A stretch of DNA of 64,000 nt from the human T2T-CHM13v2.0 reference genome, Homo sapiens. Location of the stretch: the NCBI RefSeq assembly GCF_009914755.1, contig NC_060929.1. One strand, given 5' to 3'. Positions 33,132 to 46,660 of the stretch are shown one piece after another. Under the pieces are notes generated by a model. It had not been told where the DNA came from, ran no database searches, and worked only from the letters and a program-made list of their open reading frames with translations. The position numbers were made by a program, and so were the translations under genes. Numbering within the stretch: the stretch's first letter is position 1; the number at the start of each line of letters is the position of its first letter.

Positions 33132-33208
33132 AGTTCCACATGGCTGGGGAGGCCTCACAATCATGGTGAAAAATGAAGGAAGAACAAAGGGACATCTTAT
33201 GCAGCAGC
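33131..33208 (-). mobile_element. THE1 (C-like) LTR fragment
   Basis: cagttccacatggctggggaggcctcacaatcatgg is a THE1 hallmark. Confidence 0.85.
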
Positions 33209-33882
33209 ATATATATATATTTATATATACATACACATAGATGTACATATATATGTACGTATATGTATATACATATATGTATATACATATACGTACATAT
33301 ATACATATATATGCTGCCATGTAAGATGTCCCTTTATATAAAGGAGAGTTGATTAAGTATTAACTTACATGAACACAAGGTCCCACAATAGGATCTCTGC
33401 AAGGTGAGGGACAAGGAGAGCCAGTCCGAGTCTCCACACTGAAGAACTTGGAGTCTAATGTTCAAGGGCAGGAAGCATCCAGCATGGGAGAAAGATGTAG
33501 CCTGGGAGGCTAGGCCAGTCTCTCCTTTTCACATTTTTCTGCCTGCTTTATATTCGCTAGCAGCTGATTGATTAGATTGTGCCCACTAGATTAAGGGTGG
33601 GTCTGCCTTCCCCAGCCCACTGACTCAAATGTTAATCTCTTTTGGCAACACCCTCACAGACACACACAGGATCAATATTTTGTATCCTTCAATCCAGTCA
33701 AGTTGACATTCAGTATTAACCATCATAAGTCCACCCTTTGTCAAATGGAGCCCATGCACATCTCCTGAGATTATACATAATCTTCAAATAAAGACAATAA
33801 TAGTGAGGTCATAATTACGCCTAACATAATACAAGTATCCTTCATACAAATTGAAATGCAACAATCCCCAAACGAAATACAA

Positions 33883-34139
<257 letters not shown>

Positions 34140-34479
34140 CCAAATACTATTACATAAAATTAACAATACTTAAATGCTGATATGAAGTCAATAAATCTTA
34201 TGTCATATGATTAAGGAAAAGAAAATAAAGATATTTTCTTAGTACAAGTGTATACATGCACAAATGTTCTTAGCAAAAGAAGGAGGAAATACTCATGACA
34301 ATTACAGTCCCCATTTCTGCATCTGGTCATTTGGTTGTAGCTGGTATTGATGACTACCTTCTTCTACTACCCATTCTGTATTTCCTTTGTCTTCAGCAAG
34401 CACCTCAGCACGTCATGGTTTTTTTCCTGGTGGAGTGACACAAACCTTCATTCCTGAGGAGTCTGGGCCATTTGTAGTC

Positions 34480-34830
34480 CTGCCTGGATTGGGCTGTTGT
34501 AGTCTCCCATTGACCTTAATCACAGGGCATGGTAATACTAAGATATGCCCTAATGGATTTCATGTATTCCATGCATATTCTTCCTCACCTCCATTGTGGA
34601 GTAGTAGACTGATTTCATCTTGATAGTCTGGGTCAATCACCCCAGCCAACACTGTAACTCCCTTCTTAGCGTGCTGACTTAAAGGTAGGAGGAGCCAAAA
34701 GTGTCCAGGTGGCAATCTTAACTTCCAGTTTAATGGAATCGGAATCGTTGTTGTGTCTCCCAGTGGCAGCGTTCCTCCCTCTGGAAATAAGACCTCTAGG
34801 CCAGCAGAACTTAATGGCATGGGAACAGGA
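34480..34830 (-). pseudogene. HERV-L dUTPase remnant
   Basis: PLNWKLRLPPGHFWLLLP...GVTVLAGVIDPDYQDEISLLLHN, with the dUTPase GVID.DY motif. Confidence 0.88.
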
Positions 34831-34849
34831 AGAAAAATTTTGCTAGTGG

Positions 34850-37720
34850 ATCACTAGGGGTGATGGTGATTGGTGCCCCTTCCACTTCCATCCCTTGATT
34901 CCTGGACCCGAGAATCGTGGCTATGAGAGAAACAGTATCATATATTGGACACTGATTCAGAGCATACATAACCTTCTGGAGATCTTTACCCCAGTACTAC
35001 AAAGTATTGTCACCTAGTTGACATTGTAATTCCACTATTCTATCAGTCCAGCTGCTTCAGGATAATGGGGAACATGATAGACCATTGAATTCCATGAGCA
35101 TGAGCCTACTGCTTCACTTCTTTAGCCGAAAAGTGAGTGCTTTGGTCAGAGGCAATGCTGTGTGGAATATCATGATGGTGGATAAAGCATTCTGTGAGTC
35201 CATGGATGGTAGTCTTGGCAGAAGCATTGCGTGCAGGATAGGCAAACCCATATCTGGAGTAAGTATCTATTTCAGTGAGGACAAACCTCTGCCCTTTCCA
35301 TGATAGAAGAGGTTCAATATAATCAAGCTGCCACCAGGTAGCTGACTGATCACCCCAAGGAATGGTGCCATATCGAGGGCTTGGTGTTGGTCTCTGCTGC
35401 TGGCAAATTGGGCACTGAGCAGTGGCCATAACCAGGTCACCCTTGGTGAGTGGAAGTCCATGTTGCTGAGCCCATGTGTAACCTCCATCCCTGCCACCAC
35501 GGCCACTTTGTTCATGGTCTCATGGGGCGATGATAGGGGTGGCTGGGGAAAGAGACTGAGTGGTGTCCACAGAACGGGTCACCCTATCCACTTGATTATT
35601 AAAATCCTCCTCTGCTGAGGTCACACATTGGTGAGCACTCACATGGGATATAAATATCTTCATGGTTTTTGACCACTCAGAGAGGTCCATCCACGTACCT
35701 CTTCCCCAAATTTATTTGCCACCACTTTTCCAAACTTGCTTCTTCCAAGTCCCTGACCATCCAGCCAAACCATTGGCTACAGCCCATGAATCAGTATATA
35801 ATCGCACATCTGGCCATTTCTCCTTCCATGCAAAGTGCACAACCAGGTGCACTGCTTGAAGTTCTGCCTGTTGGGAAGATTTCCCTTCACCACTGTCCTT
35901 CAGGGATGTCCTAGAAAGGGGGTGTAGTGCTGCATCTGTCCACTTTTAGTTGATGCCTGCATATTATACAAACCCATCTGTGAACCAGGCTCTAGTCTTT
36001 CTTCTCTTTCTCTGTCAGCTGATCATACGGAACTCCCCATAAGCCCATCGGTGCAAGCTGGGGAAGAGAAGGCAGGGTGGAGTGGAGACCATGTGCATTT
36101 GACCCACTTTCTCATGTAACTTACTTGTGCCTTCAGGACCTGCTTGAGCCCAATCACATATATACCACTTCCATTTGATGATGGAATGCTGCTGTGCACA
36201 ACCCACTTCATGGCTAGGTGGGCCAGAAAGCACCTAGTTCACAATAGGCAGTTCAGGTCCCATGGTGACTTGATGACCCACAGTCAAACATTCAGTTTAC
36301 ACCAAAGCCCAGTAACAGGCCAAGAGCTGTCTCTCAAAAGGAGAGTAGTTAGTTATCTGCAGAAGATGGCAGGGCCTTGCTCCAAAATCCTATAGGCCTC
36401 CTCTATGATTCACCTGTGGGAGCCTGCCAAAGGCTCCAAACAGCATCCTTATCTGCGAGTGACACCTCAAGCACCATTGGATCTGCTGGGTCATATTGCC
36501 CAAGTGGCAGAATAGCTTGCACAGCAGCCTGGGCCTCTTGCAGAGCCTTCTCCTGTTCTAGACCCCACTCAAAACTGACAGCCTTTCCAGTCGCTCATTA
36601 AATGAGCAGGAGAAACACACCCAAATGAGGAATGTGTTGCCTCCAAAATCCAAATAGGCCCACTAGGCATTGAGCTTCTTTCTTGGTTGTAGGAGGGGCC
36701 AAATACAGCAACTTATCCTTTATCTTAGAAGGAATATCTCAACAGGCCCCATACCACTGGACCCCTAGAAATTTTACTGAGGTAGACTGTCCCTGAATTT
36801 TAGTCAGGTTTATTTCCCATCTTCTGACACACAAATGTCTCACCAATAAGTCCAGTGTGTTTGCTACTTCTTGCTCACTGGATCCAATCAGCATAATGTC
36901 ATCAATGTAATGGACCAGTGTGATATCTTGTGGAAGTGAAAAGCAACCAAGTTCTCTCCGAATAAGATTATGACACAAAGCTGGAGAGTCGACATACCCC
37001 TGAGGTAGAATGGTAAAGGTAAATTGCTGCCTTGCCAGCTGAAGGCAAATTGCTTCTGACGGGCCTTATGGACAGGAATGGAAAAAAAGGCATTTTCCAA
37101 GTCAATGGCTGCATACCAGATATCAGATGTGTTGATTTTCTCAAGCAATGCAACCACATCTGGTACAGCAGCTGCAACTAGAGTCACCACTTGGTTAAGC
37201 TTGTGATAATCCAGTGCCCTTCTCCAAGATCCATCTGTCTTCTGCACAGGTCAAATGGGAGAGTTGGACGAGGATGTGGTGGGAATCACAACCCGTGTCT
37301 TTCAAATCCTTAATGGTGGCACTAATCTCCACAATCCATCCAAGGATGCAATATTTGTTTTTTATCTACCATTTTTCTAGGTAGAGGCAGCTCTAATGGC
37401 TTCCATTTGGCCTTTTTCACCTAACAACCCTTACCCTACCAATCAGGGAGACAATGTGGGGATTCTGCCATCTGCTATGCCAATTATGCATTCTGTTACC
37501 AGGGAAATGACCACAGGATGAGTCCAGGGACCCAGTAGACACACTGTAAGTCAGATCTGAGCTAACTCTATTCATTACCTGACCTCCATAGCCCCCTACT
37601 TTAACTGGAGGACCACAATGACATTTTAGGTCCCCTGGAATCAATGTCAGCTCAGAGCCAATGTCCAGCAGTTCCTGAAATGTCTGATCATTTCCCTTTC
37701 CCCAGTGCATAGTTACCCTG
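34850..37720 (-). pseudogene. HERV-L protease, RT, RNase H and integrase remnants
   Basis: Protease LLDIGSELTLIPG; [14 protein letters not shown] and [10 protein letters not shown]; integrase CPICQQ...WWQLDYI...IDTYS...IASDQ; many frameshifts. Confidence 0.93.
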
Positions 37721-37849
37721 GTAAAAGACTGGAAGTCTCCTTGGGGAAGGATGGGATAAAGATTTGCTGCATAAATTGTCAGTAATGTAGTGGGCTCCTT
37801 CCTCAAGGGGACCTGGCCTACCCTTCATTCCAGGGGTTCTAGGTCTGTA

Positions 37850-39530
37850 AACTGGCTCAAGTCTGGAAATTGATTGAGGGGCCGTGATTCCATTTTTATA
37901 ATTCAAATTAGTCTTTTGTCCATTTGACCTAGAAGGTTTCAGCTTGTATAAATTAAGTAGGAATGAAGTACGCTTCCTATTCATTTCACTCCTAGGAACA
38001 CCGTGATTAATTAGTCAATGCCAGAGCTCTACATGAGTCAGACTATTCTGATTGCCACTTTGCCTCTGCTGTCCATTACAGTAGCTATGCCCACCTTGCC
38101 TTTGATGGTTGAGTGCTACTGCCACTTGGCCCCTGCCATCTCAGGATCCAACTATTCCCATTGTATTCAAATTGTGTAGTTGAGTGACTGCAGTTCCCAC
38201 CATTAAGTCTGACATACAGAGAAGAGCAATTATAGGGCTCTTCAAAGATGCAGGTGCTGCCCTCACAAATCTATTTCACAAGATATTTATCAACAGTATA
38301 TCTTCCGGACCCTCACAGCTGAGATGAGTAGGTGTAAAATGACTATTCCTCTCTACCATCCCAGTTTCCCTAAGTGTTTGGATTCTTTCCTCTACATTAA
38401 ACCAAGGGAGATCAGGCATTTCCACCTCACTCACAGTGGGCCATCTTTTAATCCGTATTTCAGCTACCAACCAAATAAACTATTAGAACTTTTTTAACTC
38501 ACCGAGCTGCAACATTAAAAGGAGAGTCCCTACTTAGTGGGCCCAAATCAATGAATTCGGCCTGATCCAACTCTATGTTCCTTCCACCATTATCCCATAT
38601 CTTAATATCCATTCTCATGCCTGTTCTCCTGATTCTGTTTATATAAATTAGATAATTCAAACAGTTCTTTTCAAGTGTAGTGCACCTCCTCATGGATCAC
38701 ACTCTCAACCTCCCCTCTAGGGTTCTGCTGGGTCTTTAGTCTAGTTATAGGTCTAGAAGCAAACAGAGGTGTTGGGGGTGGCTCCTCAGGAGAATCAACA
38801 TTATCTTGCCTGGCAATTGCCTCAGGGAAGGCCATCACTGTTGCCTCAGGCAGCGCAGGGTTTATCTCCTCAGAGAAGGTGGAAAGGCTGATGGCAGCAT
38901 GTGCTGGGGAGAGGATGTTCCCACTAGTGGGAATGGGGAAGCTGTTTCTTCTGGCAAAAAAAGATTAATCAGACTTTACAAGCTCAGTGTCCCCAACTTA
39001 ATCAGGGTCCTCCACACATCCCATTTCAAGTTTCAGGGTCCCATTCTTTTCCAATCAATGCCCTCACTTTAACAGAAGACACCTGGCGAGGCTGTGCATG
39101 CTCCTTTCGTTGCAGGTCAGCCACTCCCATAAGAGCTTGTGTCTGTTTTTCCAAAATTTCACCTCTTTCTCTACAGGAGATAAGACTCTCACTCAGGGCA
39201 ATCTTGGCAGATGTAAGGCTCAGTATCTACTTCTGAAGCCAGGAGACAGAATCCCTGAGTTCATCATTTTACTGTATCACTTTGTCCACTGAACTTAGGA
39301 GCAACTAACCAGCTTATGTTCTTTGGTTCTCCACATATGGTCAAATGTATTATGTATAGAGTCACTAAACTACTTGCCTCTCACAAGCAATGAATCAAGA
39401 GTGTCAAATGCACTTGTTGTGCATAACTCTCTAAACAGTTCACTCCAAGGATGTTCTCCATACTATTAGAAGTAGAGTCCTTAGCATTTTATGTCTAATC
39501 ACATTAAGGAGCCAACCCCAGAAACCCAAA
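37850..39530 (-). pseudogene. HERV-L gag remnant
   Basis: WDNGGRNIELDQAEFIDLGPLSRDS and KRWPTVSEVEMPDLPW fragments; ends approximate. Confidence 0.85.
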
Positions 39531-39557
39531 AACCAATGAATATTCTGTTCCTCTAGA

Positions 39558-39573
39558 ACCACTCCTGGTACCA
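39558..39573 (-). other. Primer-binding site (tRNA-Leu type) of HERV-L
   Basis: Minus strand reads GATTT-TGGTACCAGGAGTGG directly after the 5' LTR. Confidence 0.75.
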
Positions 39574-39578
39574 AAATC

Positions 39579-40005
39579 TGTATTAGTCAGGGTTCTCTAA
39601 AGGGACAGAACTAATATATATAAAGAGGAATTTATTAAGTGTTAACTTACATGATCATAAGGTCCCACAATAGGCTGTCTGCAAGCTGAGGAGCAAGGAG
39701 AGCCAGTTCAAGTTCCAAAACTTAAGAACTTGGAGTCTGAAGTTCGAGGGCAGGAAGCATCCAGCATGGGAGAAAGATGTAGGCTGGGAGGCTAGGCCAG
39801 TCTCTCCTTTTCACGTTTTTCTGCCTGCTTTATATTCGCTGGCAGCTGAATAGATTGTGCCCACCAGGTTAAGGGTGGATCTGCCTTCCCCAGCCCACTG
39901 ACTCAAATGTTAATCTCTTTTGGCAACACCCTCACAGACACACTCAGGATCAATATTTTGTATCCTTCAATCCAATCAAATTGACACTCAGTATTAACCA
40001 TCACA
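39579..40005 (-). mobile_element. HERV-L 5' LTR (MLT2A1), 427 bp, uninterrupted
   Basis: tgtattagtcagggttctct...gtattaaccatcaca, TG...CA termini. Confidence 0.95.
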
Positions 40006-40199
40006 CTGGGATTCTTAAGAGGAAAATTCTTCATGAGACAGTTTAAGTTTGTTTGAGTTTGTAACTGATTATCATGTGTTACATTTTTTCAGTTAAATGA
40101 AGTATCTAATTTTGATTTTTGTGACAGACGAAGTTTAAACAACTTAATTGTGCGAGCTACAAATGAATTCATTTCATAGCAATATTCTGATGGCTTTCT

Positions 40200-40505
40200 C
40201 TTTTTAAAAGAATTGTTTTAGGGGCTGGGTCTTGCTCTATCACCCAGGTTGGAGTGCAGTGGTATAATCATAGCTCACTGCAGCCTCAAACTCCTGGCTT
40301 AAAGTGATCCTCCTGCCTGATCCTTCCAAGTAGCTATGACCATAGGTGCATGCCACCACACCTGGCTAATTTCTTTTTAACTATTTGTAAAGACAGGGTC
40401 TCAGTATGTTGCCCAGACTGGTCTCAAACTCCTGGCCTCAGGCAATCATCCTGTCTTGGACTCCCAAAGTGCTAAGATTACAGGTGTGAGCCACCATGCC
40501 TAGCC
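40200..40505 (-). mobile_element. AluJ, full length
   Basis: atcatagctcactgcagcctcaaactcctgg; TSD atggctttct on both sides. Confidence 0.92.
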
Positions 40506-40574
40506 TTCATGGCTTTCTTAAGTCCAAATTTCTGATTTACTAAATCTCAGAGCTATGGGTCATTTTTTAAGTAT

Positions 40575-40680
40575 AGAAAGCCTTAAAGGTAGGGATTTCA
40601 TCTTTGTATTCTTTTTATACCCAAAGCCTAACAAGGTGACTGGCATATCATAATAGGTACATAAAATGTATAATGAATAT
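40575..40680 (+). mobile_element. L2 3' terminal fragment
   Basis: ccttaaaggtagggatttcatc...cctaacaaggtgactggcatatcataatagg. Confidence 0.55.
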
Positions 40681-41531
40681 ATGTGTAAACATGGGAAATA
40701 AACATGTAATGAAACTTAAAATGGTTTTGATTTCATTTTAACATGTTTTTATTATGTCTTGATTGAAGAACGTGGTTCCTTTGATATCATATAGTTTACA
40801 TACATATTCTCTGTTCATTTGCAGTGGTATCTAAAATAGCTTAAAATAGTAATAATTGGTTTTATTGTTAATTTTATGTTAACTCCAGAAATCACCCTGC
40901 AGATTAAAAATCTGGACTTGATTCTAACTGTCCTGAGTCATCTACTTGCCTTCAGATATATCTAGATAAATTTGGTAACTAATAGTTTCATTTCCTAAAT
41001 TCTAATTGAAAAAAATCCCTGCCTTTATTTCTGGAAATATATGTATGTATTTGGGTCTCATTCAGATCTCAACCACAGTAAAACAGACATCCCAAGACAT
41101 GAGTTATAGTTTGGATAACCACAGAATTTAAATTGTTTACAATAAAATTCAAAAGACTTCTTGCATCTGTATGTTTTATGCCTAATATTTCCTTAAATGT
41201 TCTGGTATCTGTATATTTTGTACCTAATCTTTTCTTAAGTGATTTGACTCTAATTTAGATTGTTGAGATTTCAAATAGGGCTTTTGTATTTGCTCGTTTG
41301 TTTTCAACTACAGTATCCCTCCGTTAGGTCCTAAGAACTTTGACAAATTGGTGCAGGATGGTGAGCAAATGTAGACTAAATACAGTCTTTAAAAACCTCT
41401 GTGTAGATCTGTCACCACCATGGCTGCTAAAACATTCAAGTATAGTAGAAATTGTGAAGAAACTAAACAAAATGGTAAATAATTGTTCTGTCATCTGAGC
41501 ATTGGTATATGTTTGGAATGAGCATGCTTTC

Positions 41532-41905
41532 TGTCTTAGTCTGCTCCAGATGCCATAATAAAATACCATTGACCAAGTGGCTTAAATAACAGAAACTTAT
41601 TTTCTCACACAGCTCTAGAGGCTGGAAAGCCCAAGATTAGAGTGCCAACATGGTCAGTTTCTGGTGAAGCTTTACTTACTGGCTTGGAGAGAGCCACCTT
41701 CTTTCTGTGTCCTCACATGGCTGAGAGAGAGATCACTGACTCTTTCTCTTCTTACAAGGCCACCAATCCTATGTGATTAGGACCCTTCTCTGATGACCTC
41801 ATTTAAAATTAATTATCTCCTAAAAGCTTTAATCAAACTATAGTCACATTAGGAGTTATGTCTTCAACATGTAAATTCTGGGAAAATATAATTCAGTCCA
41901 TAGCA
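41532..41905 (-). mobile_element. MLT1A-type MaLR solo LTR
   Basis: tgtcttagtctgctccagatgccataataaaatacca...attcagtccatagca, ~374 bp. Confidence 0.88.
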
Positions 41906-43894
41906 CTTCTTCTTTGACTAATTTCACTTGCAAAGATTATGTGGGGAAATGAATGAATACAGACTAAGAAAAAGACAAAGTCAGAATCCATTTTAGAATG
42001 AATAAGGCCTCTTAAGTTGGCATTATGCTGTCGTGTGAGCCATTGTTTTTGCAGTAATATAGATCTGACAATGGCAGCTTCTGGGAAAATATTACCTAGT
42101 AGGTGCACTTTGTTCCAAACAAAATTGTTCAAATACATCAACAGGTATTTTCTGCAATTTTAAGTTAGTTTTATTTTCGTCTTCAAATTATCCTTTCTAG
42201 GAGATTCTACATATCTGAAAATAGCCGTCATGTTTTCCTCACTTTAATTTTCTCATCCTACATCTGAGTGAACTCGAATCCCTTCCTTCAACCTGCTGAT
42301 TGCTCCCATTAATGCTGCTGCACTACAGCACTAATACGATGCTCACTTCGGTGAGAAGCTTTCTGCATATCTTGCTTTCATTTCCTGTTCTATTTGCTAT
42401 AAACACAGTTATTTTCATTCTGTTGCTTTCAGTCACATATGGCATTTTGAAACTGTTAAATAAAGAGATTATCAATATTAGATCTATCTCAGCTGTAAAA
42501 CCTACATTTATGAAGAAATATGATGTATTTAATTTCATTTCTAAAAGCCCAGCATCCTAGCAATGGTCATAAATTCACATGATTACCCTAAGCATTAGAT
42601 TTTGCATTTGGAACACTATTTAACTAAAAAAGGAATCAAACATTCATGCAAGCAAGAAAGCAGCTTTCTATTAATGACATGTGCAAAGAAACTGCAAAAT
42701 ATAAATGATTCTGACTTAGATCATCAATAAAACTTGACATTCAAATAAAATGGCTTCATAGTATCTCCTTTTGGGACATGACAGCATAAGAAGAATATTA
42801 ATATTTTGCCAAATTCAACATTTTTCAGGAAATTAATCTCTCCTTTATAAATTTATCAGGAAAATTATGAAATAATAGTAAAAATAGAACTATGCTATTA
42901 TCACTAACAATACAAAATACACATTGACTAACATTTTTAAATTTCCTTAAAGAACTTCAATAATCTCATTTTAAATATAATATTATTATAATCCAGTCTG
43001 ATTTCAATCCTAAGAAATTATCTACCTAATACACTTAAACAAATAATTTTTTAAAACAGACATAATTTTAATGATGGCAGAAAATAAGCTCATTTAGAAC
43101 ATTCCTCTAATTAAAAGAAATGACACATATTTGAGAAATATATAAGGAAATTAATATGACATTTACTTTTTGTTATTTTCTGGGAAAATTTTTGAAAATT
43201 AGTTTTAAGTGAACTGGTAATATACTTGCTTCATCTGTTGCTCCAACTCTTCTCCTAACAATTGTCAAACTTACCATGAAGAGAAAAGGAAGGCATCAAA
43301 GGGGGTTGCTTTTCTGGAACTTTGACTAACTTCTCTACCTCGGTTATTCTGATAGTATATCCCTTAGGAATGCTGGGGGACTAAGATGTGGAGATGGTAT
43401 AATTGAAAGCCAAACAGGAGCTAATGTCCACCATAGGGGAGATAATTAGAAAAATCATGTATTGGGCTACTGTTGTGAATGATAATCAAGTAGAGCTCTA
43501 TCATTTGATTACAAGCCTCATTCAGTACAGCCCACGTGTTCTTGGGCATGAAGTGATTAAGCAGTAAACATGCTGAGCTGCTGCTGAGGAGGAGAGAGAT
43601 GCCAGAGATAGGAGGCTTGGTAGGTAGCTGTTTATTATTAAGGACAGGGAGTATGGTGATGCTGAACAGGAGAAGAAATGAAGACTAAATAGGAGAAGAC
43701 AACTCAGAGAAACTCAGAATGGACACCATGATGTCAAATCATTCCCGGCATTAAGCAATAAAATAAGCAATCAGTGTTTTATAGATTATTCTCTTGCCAT
43801 TGGAAGTGATTAATAGAATTGATAGTTAAAGACTAAACTTTAAGATAAGTATAAACCTATGGTTATACTTACAACTAACTATACACACTTTCAA

Positions 43895-44003
43895 ATGCAT
43901 GCCCACTCTACTAATAAATGAGAATCTCCTTGATTGGAGTCTTCTTCTGGCTAAAATGTTTCCTAGTAAATTCTGATATACTACCAGGTTTGAGAGCCCC
44001 TGG
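43895..44003. mobile_element. MER5A-like DNA transposon fragment
   Basis: ctactaataaatgagaatctc...gtaaattctgatatactaccaggtttgagagcccctg. Confidence 0.5.
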
Positions 44004-44585
44004 CGCAAGTCAACATAAACATCTTTGTATAACCAGCACTATCTTCTCTGAAGCAAGAATAGTTATTTGAGTAAGACATCTTGGAATAAGAGCAAACCAG
44101 GACACATAAAATATGGTCCAGAGCAAATCAAACAATAATGAAATATTTTGTTGGCTATGTACTTAAATGAGTCAGAAATTGATATTCAAACCTGCTATAT
44201 GTTCTTTACAGCATACTTAAATATTGACAAACTTTCAGGCTCATGTATCTGAATGGAAGGAACCTCTTAAGGATTCTGTTTCTGTTTTTGTGTAATGGAG
44301 TGTCTCTTATAATTTATTTAAGGACTTTTATAGAGTTATATTGTCCAAGGAATTTATGTGGTATGAGTTTGAGAACAAAATAAAAGACTAGAAAAATCTT
44401 AGCAAAATATCACCCATATGACAAGGATCTCTTTTAAAGTTGTTCCAGCATGTTTTAAATCTTTGGCTCATATTCTGAATGTTTTATCTAATCACTGATA
44501 GGGTAATTTATGCTTATTTCCTTGTTTTTTTTTTTCTATTTTATCCCTGTACAAAATGCTCTTTTTGCATGAGTGAACCATAATC

Positions 44586-44882
44586 CAGGGGTCCCCAGTC
44601 CCCACGCTACTGGTCTGTGGCCTGTTAGGAACCAGGCTGCATAGCAGGAGGTGAGTGGCAGGTGAGCAAGCATTACCACCTGAGCTCCACCTCCTGTCAG
44701 ACCAGCAGCAGCATTAGATTCTCACAGGAGCGAACACAAACCCTATTGTGAATTGCACATGTGAGGGATCTAGGCTGCATGCTCCTTATGAGAATATAAT
44801 GCTTCCCTACACCCCCTCCGTCCATGGAAAAATTGTCTTCCACGAAATTGGTCCCTAGTGCCAAAAAGGTTGGGAACTGCCA
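44586..44882 (+). mobile_element. MER1B hAT-Charlie MITE
   Basis: caggggtcccca...aaaaaggttgggaactgcca; perfect 8-bp TSD ccataatc at 44578-44585 and 44883-44890. Confidence 0.93.
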
Positions 44883-45641
44883 CCATAATCCATAGCATGC
44901 TGCCTATGTGGTAAGCACATTTGGTTCTGCAGGTTTCACAACTCCTGTGGAGTAAGAACCTACATCAAATCATCTTTCACACTCATATAATGTTCATTTT
45001 AAGAAACCTCAGGTCATTTCAAGATATGTGTTTAAATGTCTTAACCAGCTAGAGGATCATGTGCACTCTTTATGGTTATCAAGAATTTTGTGAATAATTA
45101 TAATGAAGATGTGAAGCAATCTAGAACTTACGCAAATGACTTGGGCATAAGTAATAGTTTAAAAACTTAGCACAGATTCATGAAAATGAAACTTCTCAAA
45201 GCAATGTGCTCTATGGAAACATGTAAGAAATTTTTTTCCTTCAAAGAGTAAGACAGTGGGGTTATAGTTATTTAAGCTATATGTTCAAAAGCTGCTGTCT
45301 ATTGTTGTTGTATTTATTTCATATGCTATTATAGCCTTTAAGCATAACATGAAAGTAAAATCACATAAAACAATAACAAGAAAAAAGTTTACTCTCATTA
45401 TATCAATCACAAGAAAAATGTTTACTCTCAGTATATTTTTAATCATTAAATGTTAGATATTTTTTCCTATGACTGTTAGACTTTTCTGAGTCTAGACTTA
45501 AGTTTAAGGTATCCAATCTTCTCTCTTGACCCTGACAGAAATGTCTAAAAAATATTTTGAAATACTGATCTAGACATTTATAAGATTACCATATAGGTCT
45601 CATATTGAATGTTACTATTTTTAATTATATAACTTTGATAC

Positions 45642-46199
45642 TAGGGAAGTTTAAATTTTTCCCAAATTGTGAAGGTTTTATAAGCTGAGTCCATAAAACT
45701 CACTGATAATAGACAGATTAATAGGAAAAAGAGCATACAAATTTATTATCATGCATATGGGCACAGGAGTCATACAAAATATGAAAAACTCAAAGAAAGT
45801 CAAGATGGTTAATAATTTTATACCATCTTGAGGTTACAGGAATAACAGGAGCTCTGAGGGTGGCCAACCATATTACGATGGGGACAGAAGAGGAAAGGCT
45901 GGAGAAAAAGGTGGTCTGTTATGAAGATGAAGCCTCACAGGTATCAGCCCTTGTAGGATCTGTTTGTCAGAACTTTCGAAGTGTCAGGCACACAACTAAT
46001 CTTTCTTGATCTGGACAAGGAAAAGCTTCAGAGAAAAGTCTGTTTGCATCTGTTGTTTACTTCACTTTATTCCCTCTACAAATCTCGTCTCCAAAAGACA
46101 GCTTTGTGGGGCTACTTCTGTCTGCAGGCCCTCTGAACAGCCATCTCAAAATATGTCAAGGAAGTATATTTTGGGGTGAAACATTTTTAGTTTCCTTCA
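45642..46199 (-). mobile_element. MER34-family ERV1 solo LTR
   Basis: gccatctcaaaatatgtcaaggaagtatattttggggtgaaa...tttccttca end; 4-bp TSD atac. Confidence 0.78.
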
Positions 46200-46660
46200 A
46201 TACGCTTTTGGTTACAAATGTATGTTGTACTTGAAGGATGTCTTACAAAATAATAGGTATGCTTATGGGTAGGAAAGAGATTTAGATTGTTCCTATCTCC
46301 AATCAAAGATAAAATGTATTCCAACTTCAAGCTGTAATCTATGGACTGAATCATTGACGTCTGACAAACACAGTCTTTCCAAATGATAACACCTTAACCT
46401 CTCTGCTTTTAATATCACAATTTCCAAGCACTGTATACAGTAAGAGTAGAAGTAATACAGAATTTACCTACATGTTAAACTACTGTTCTCAAAGAAGTTC
46501 TCTGGAATTACATATGTGACGGTAAATATATTTTTGAAAACCTTAAACTTATATAAATGCTGAATAAATACCAAAGGTTATTAAACTAAGTCTCTCTACA
46601 AAATTTTCCCAATATTTGCACCAAATTACTTATTGAATTTTCATTACAAACATGGCTACC

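Larger units (their letters stand above)
32700..33727 (-). mobile_element. HERV-L 3' LTR (MLT2A1) carrying a ~600-bp complex insertion
   Basis: Aligns to 39579-40005 except for ~32733-33335; adjacent PPT reads gacaaagggtggact on the minus strand. Confidence 0.93.

Noticed and set aside
42338-42360. Resemblance to the U6 snRNA 5' end (atgctcacttcgg versus gtgctcgcttcgg)
   Set aside because: Similarity ends after ~13 nt; no downstream U6 sequence
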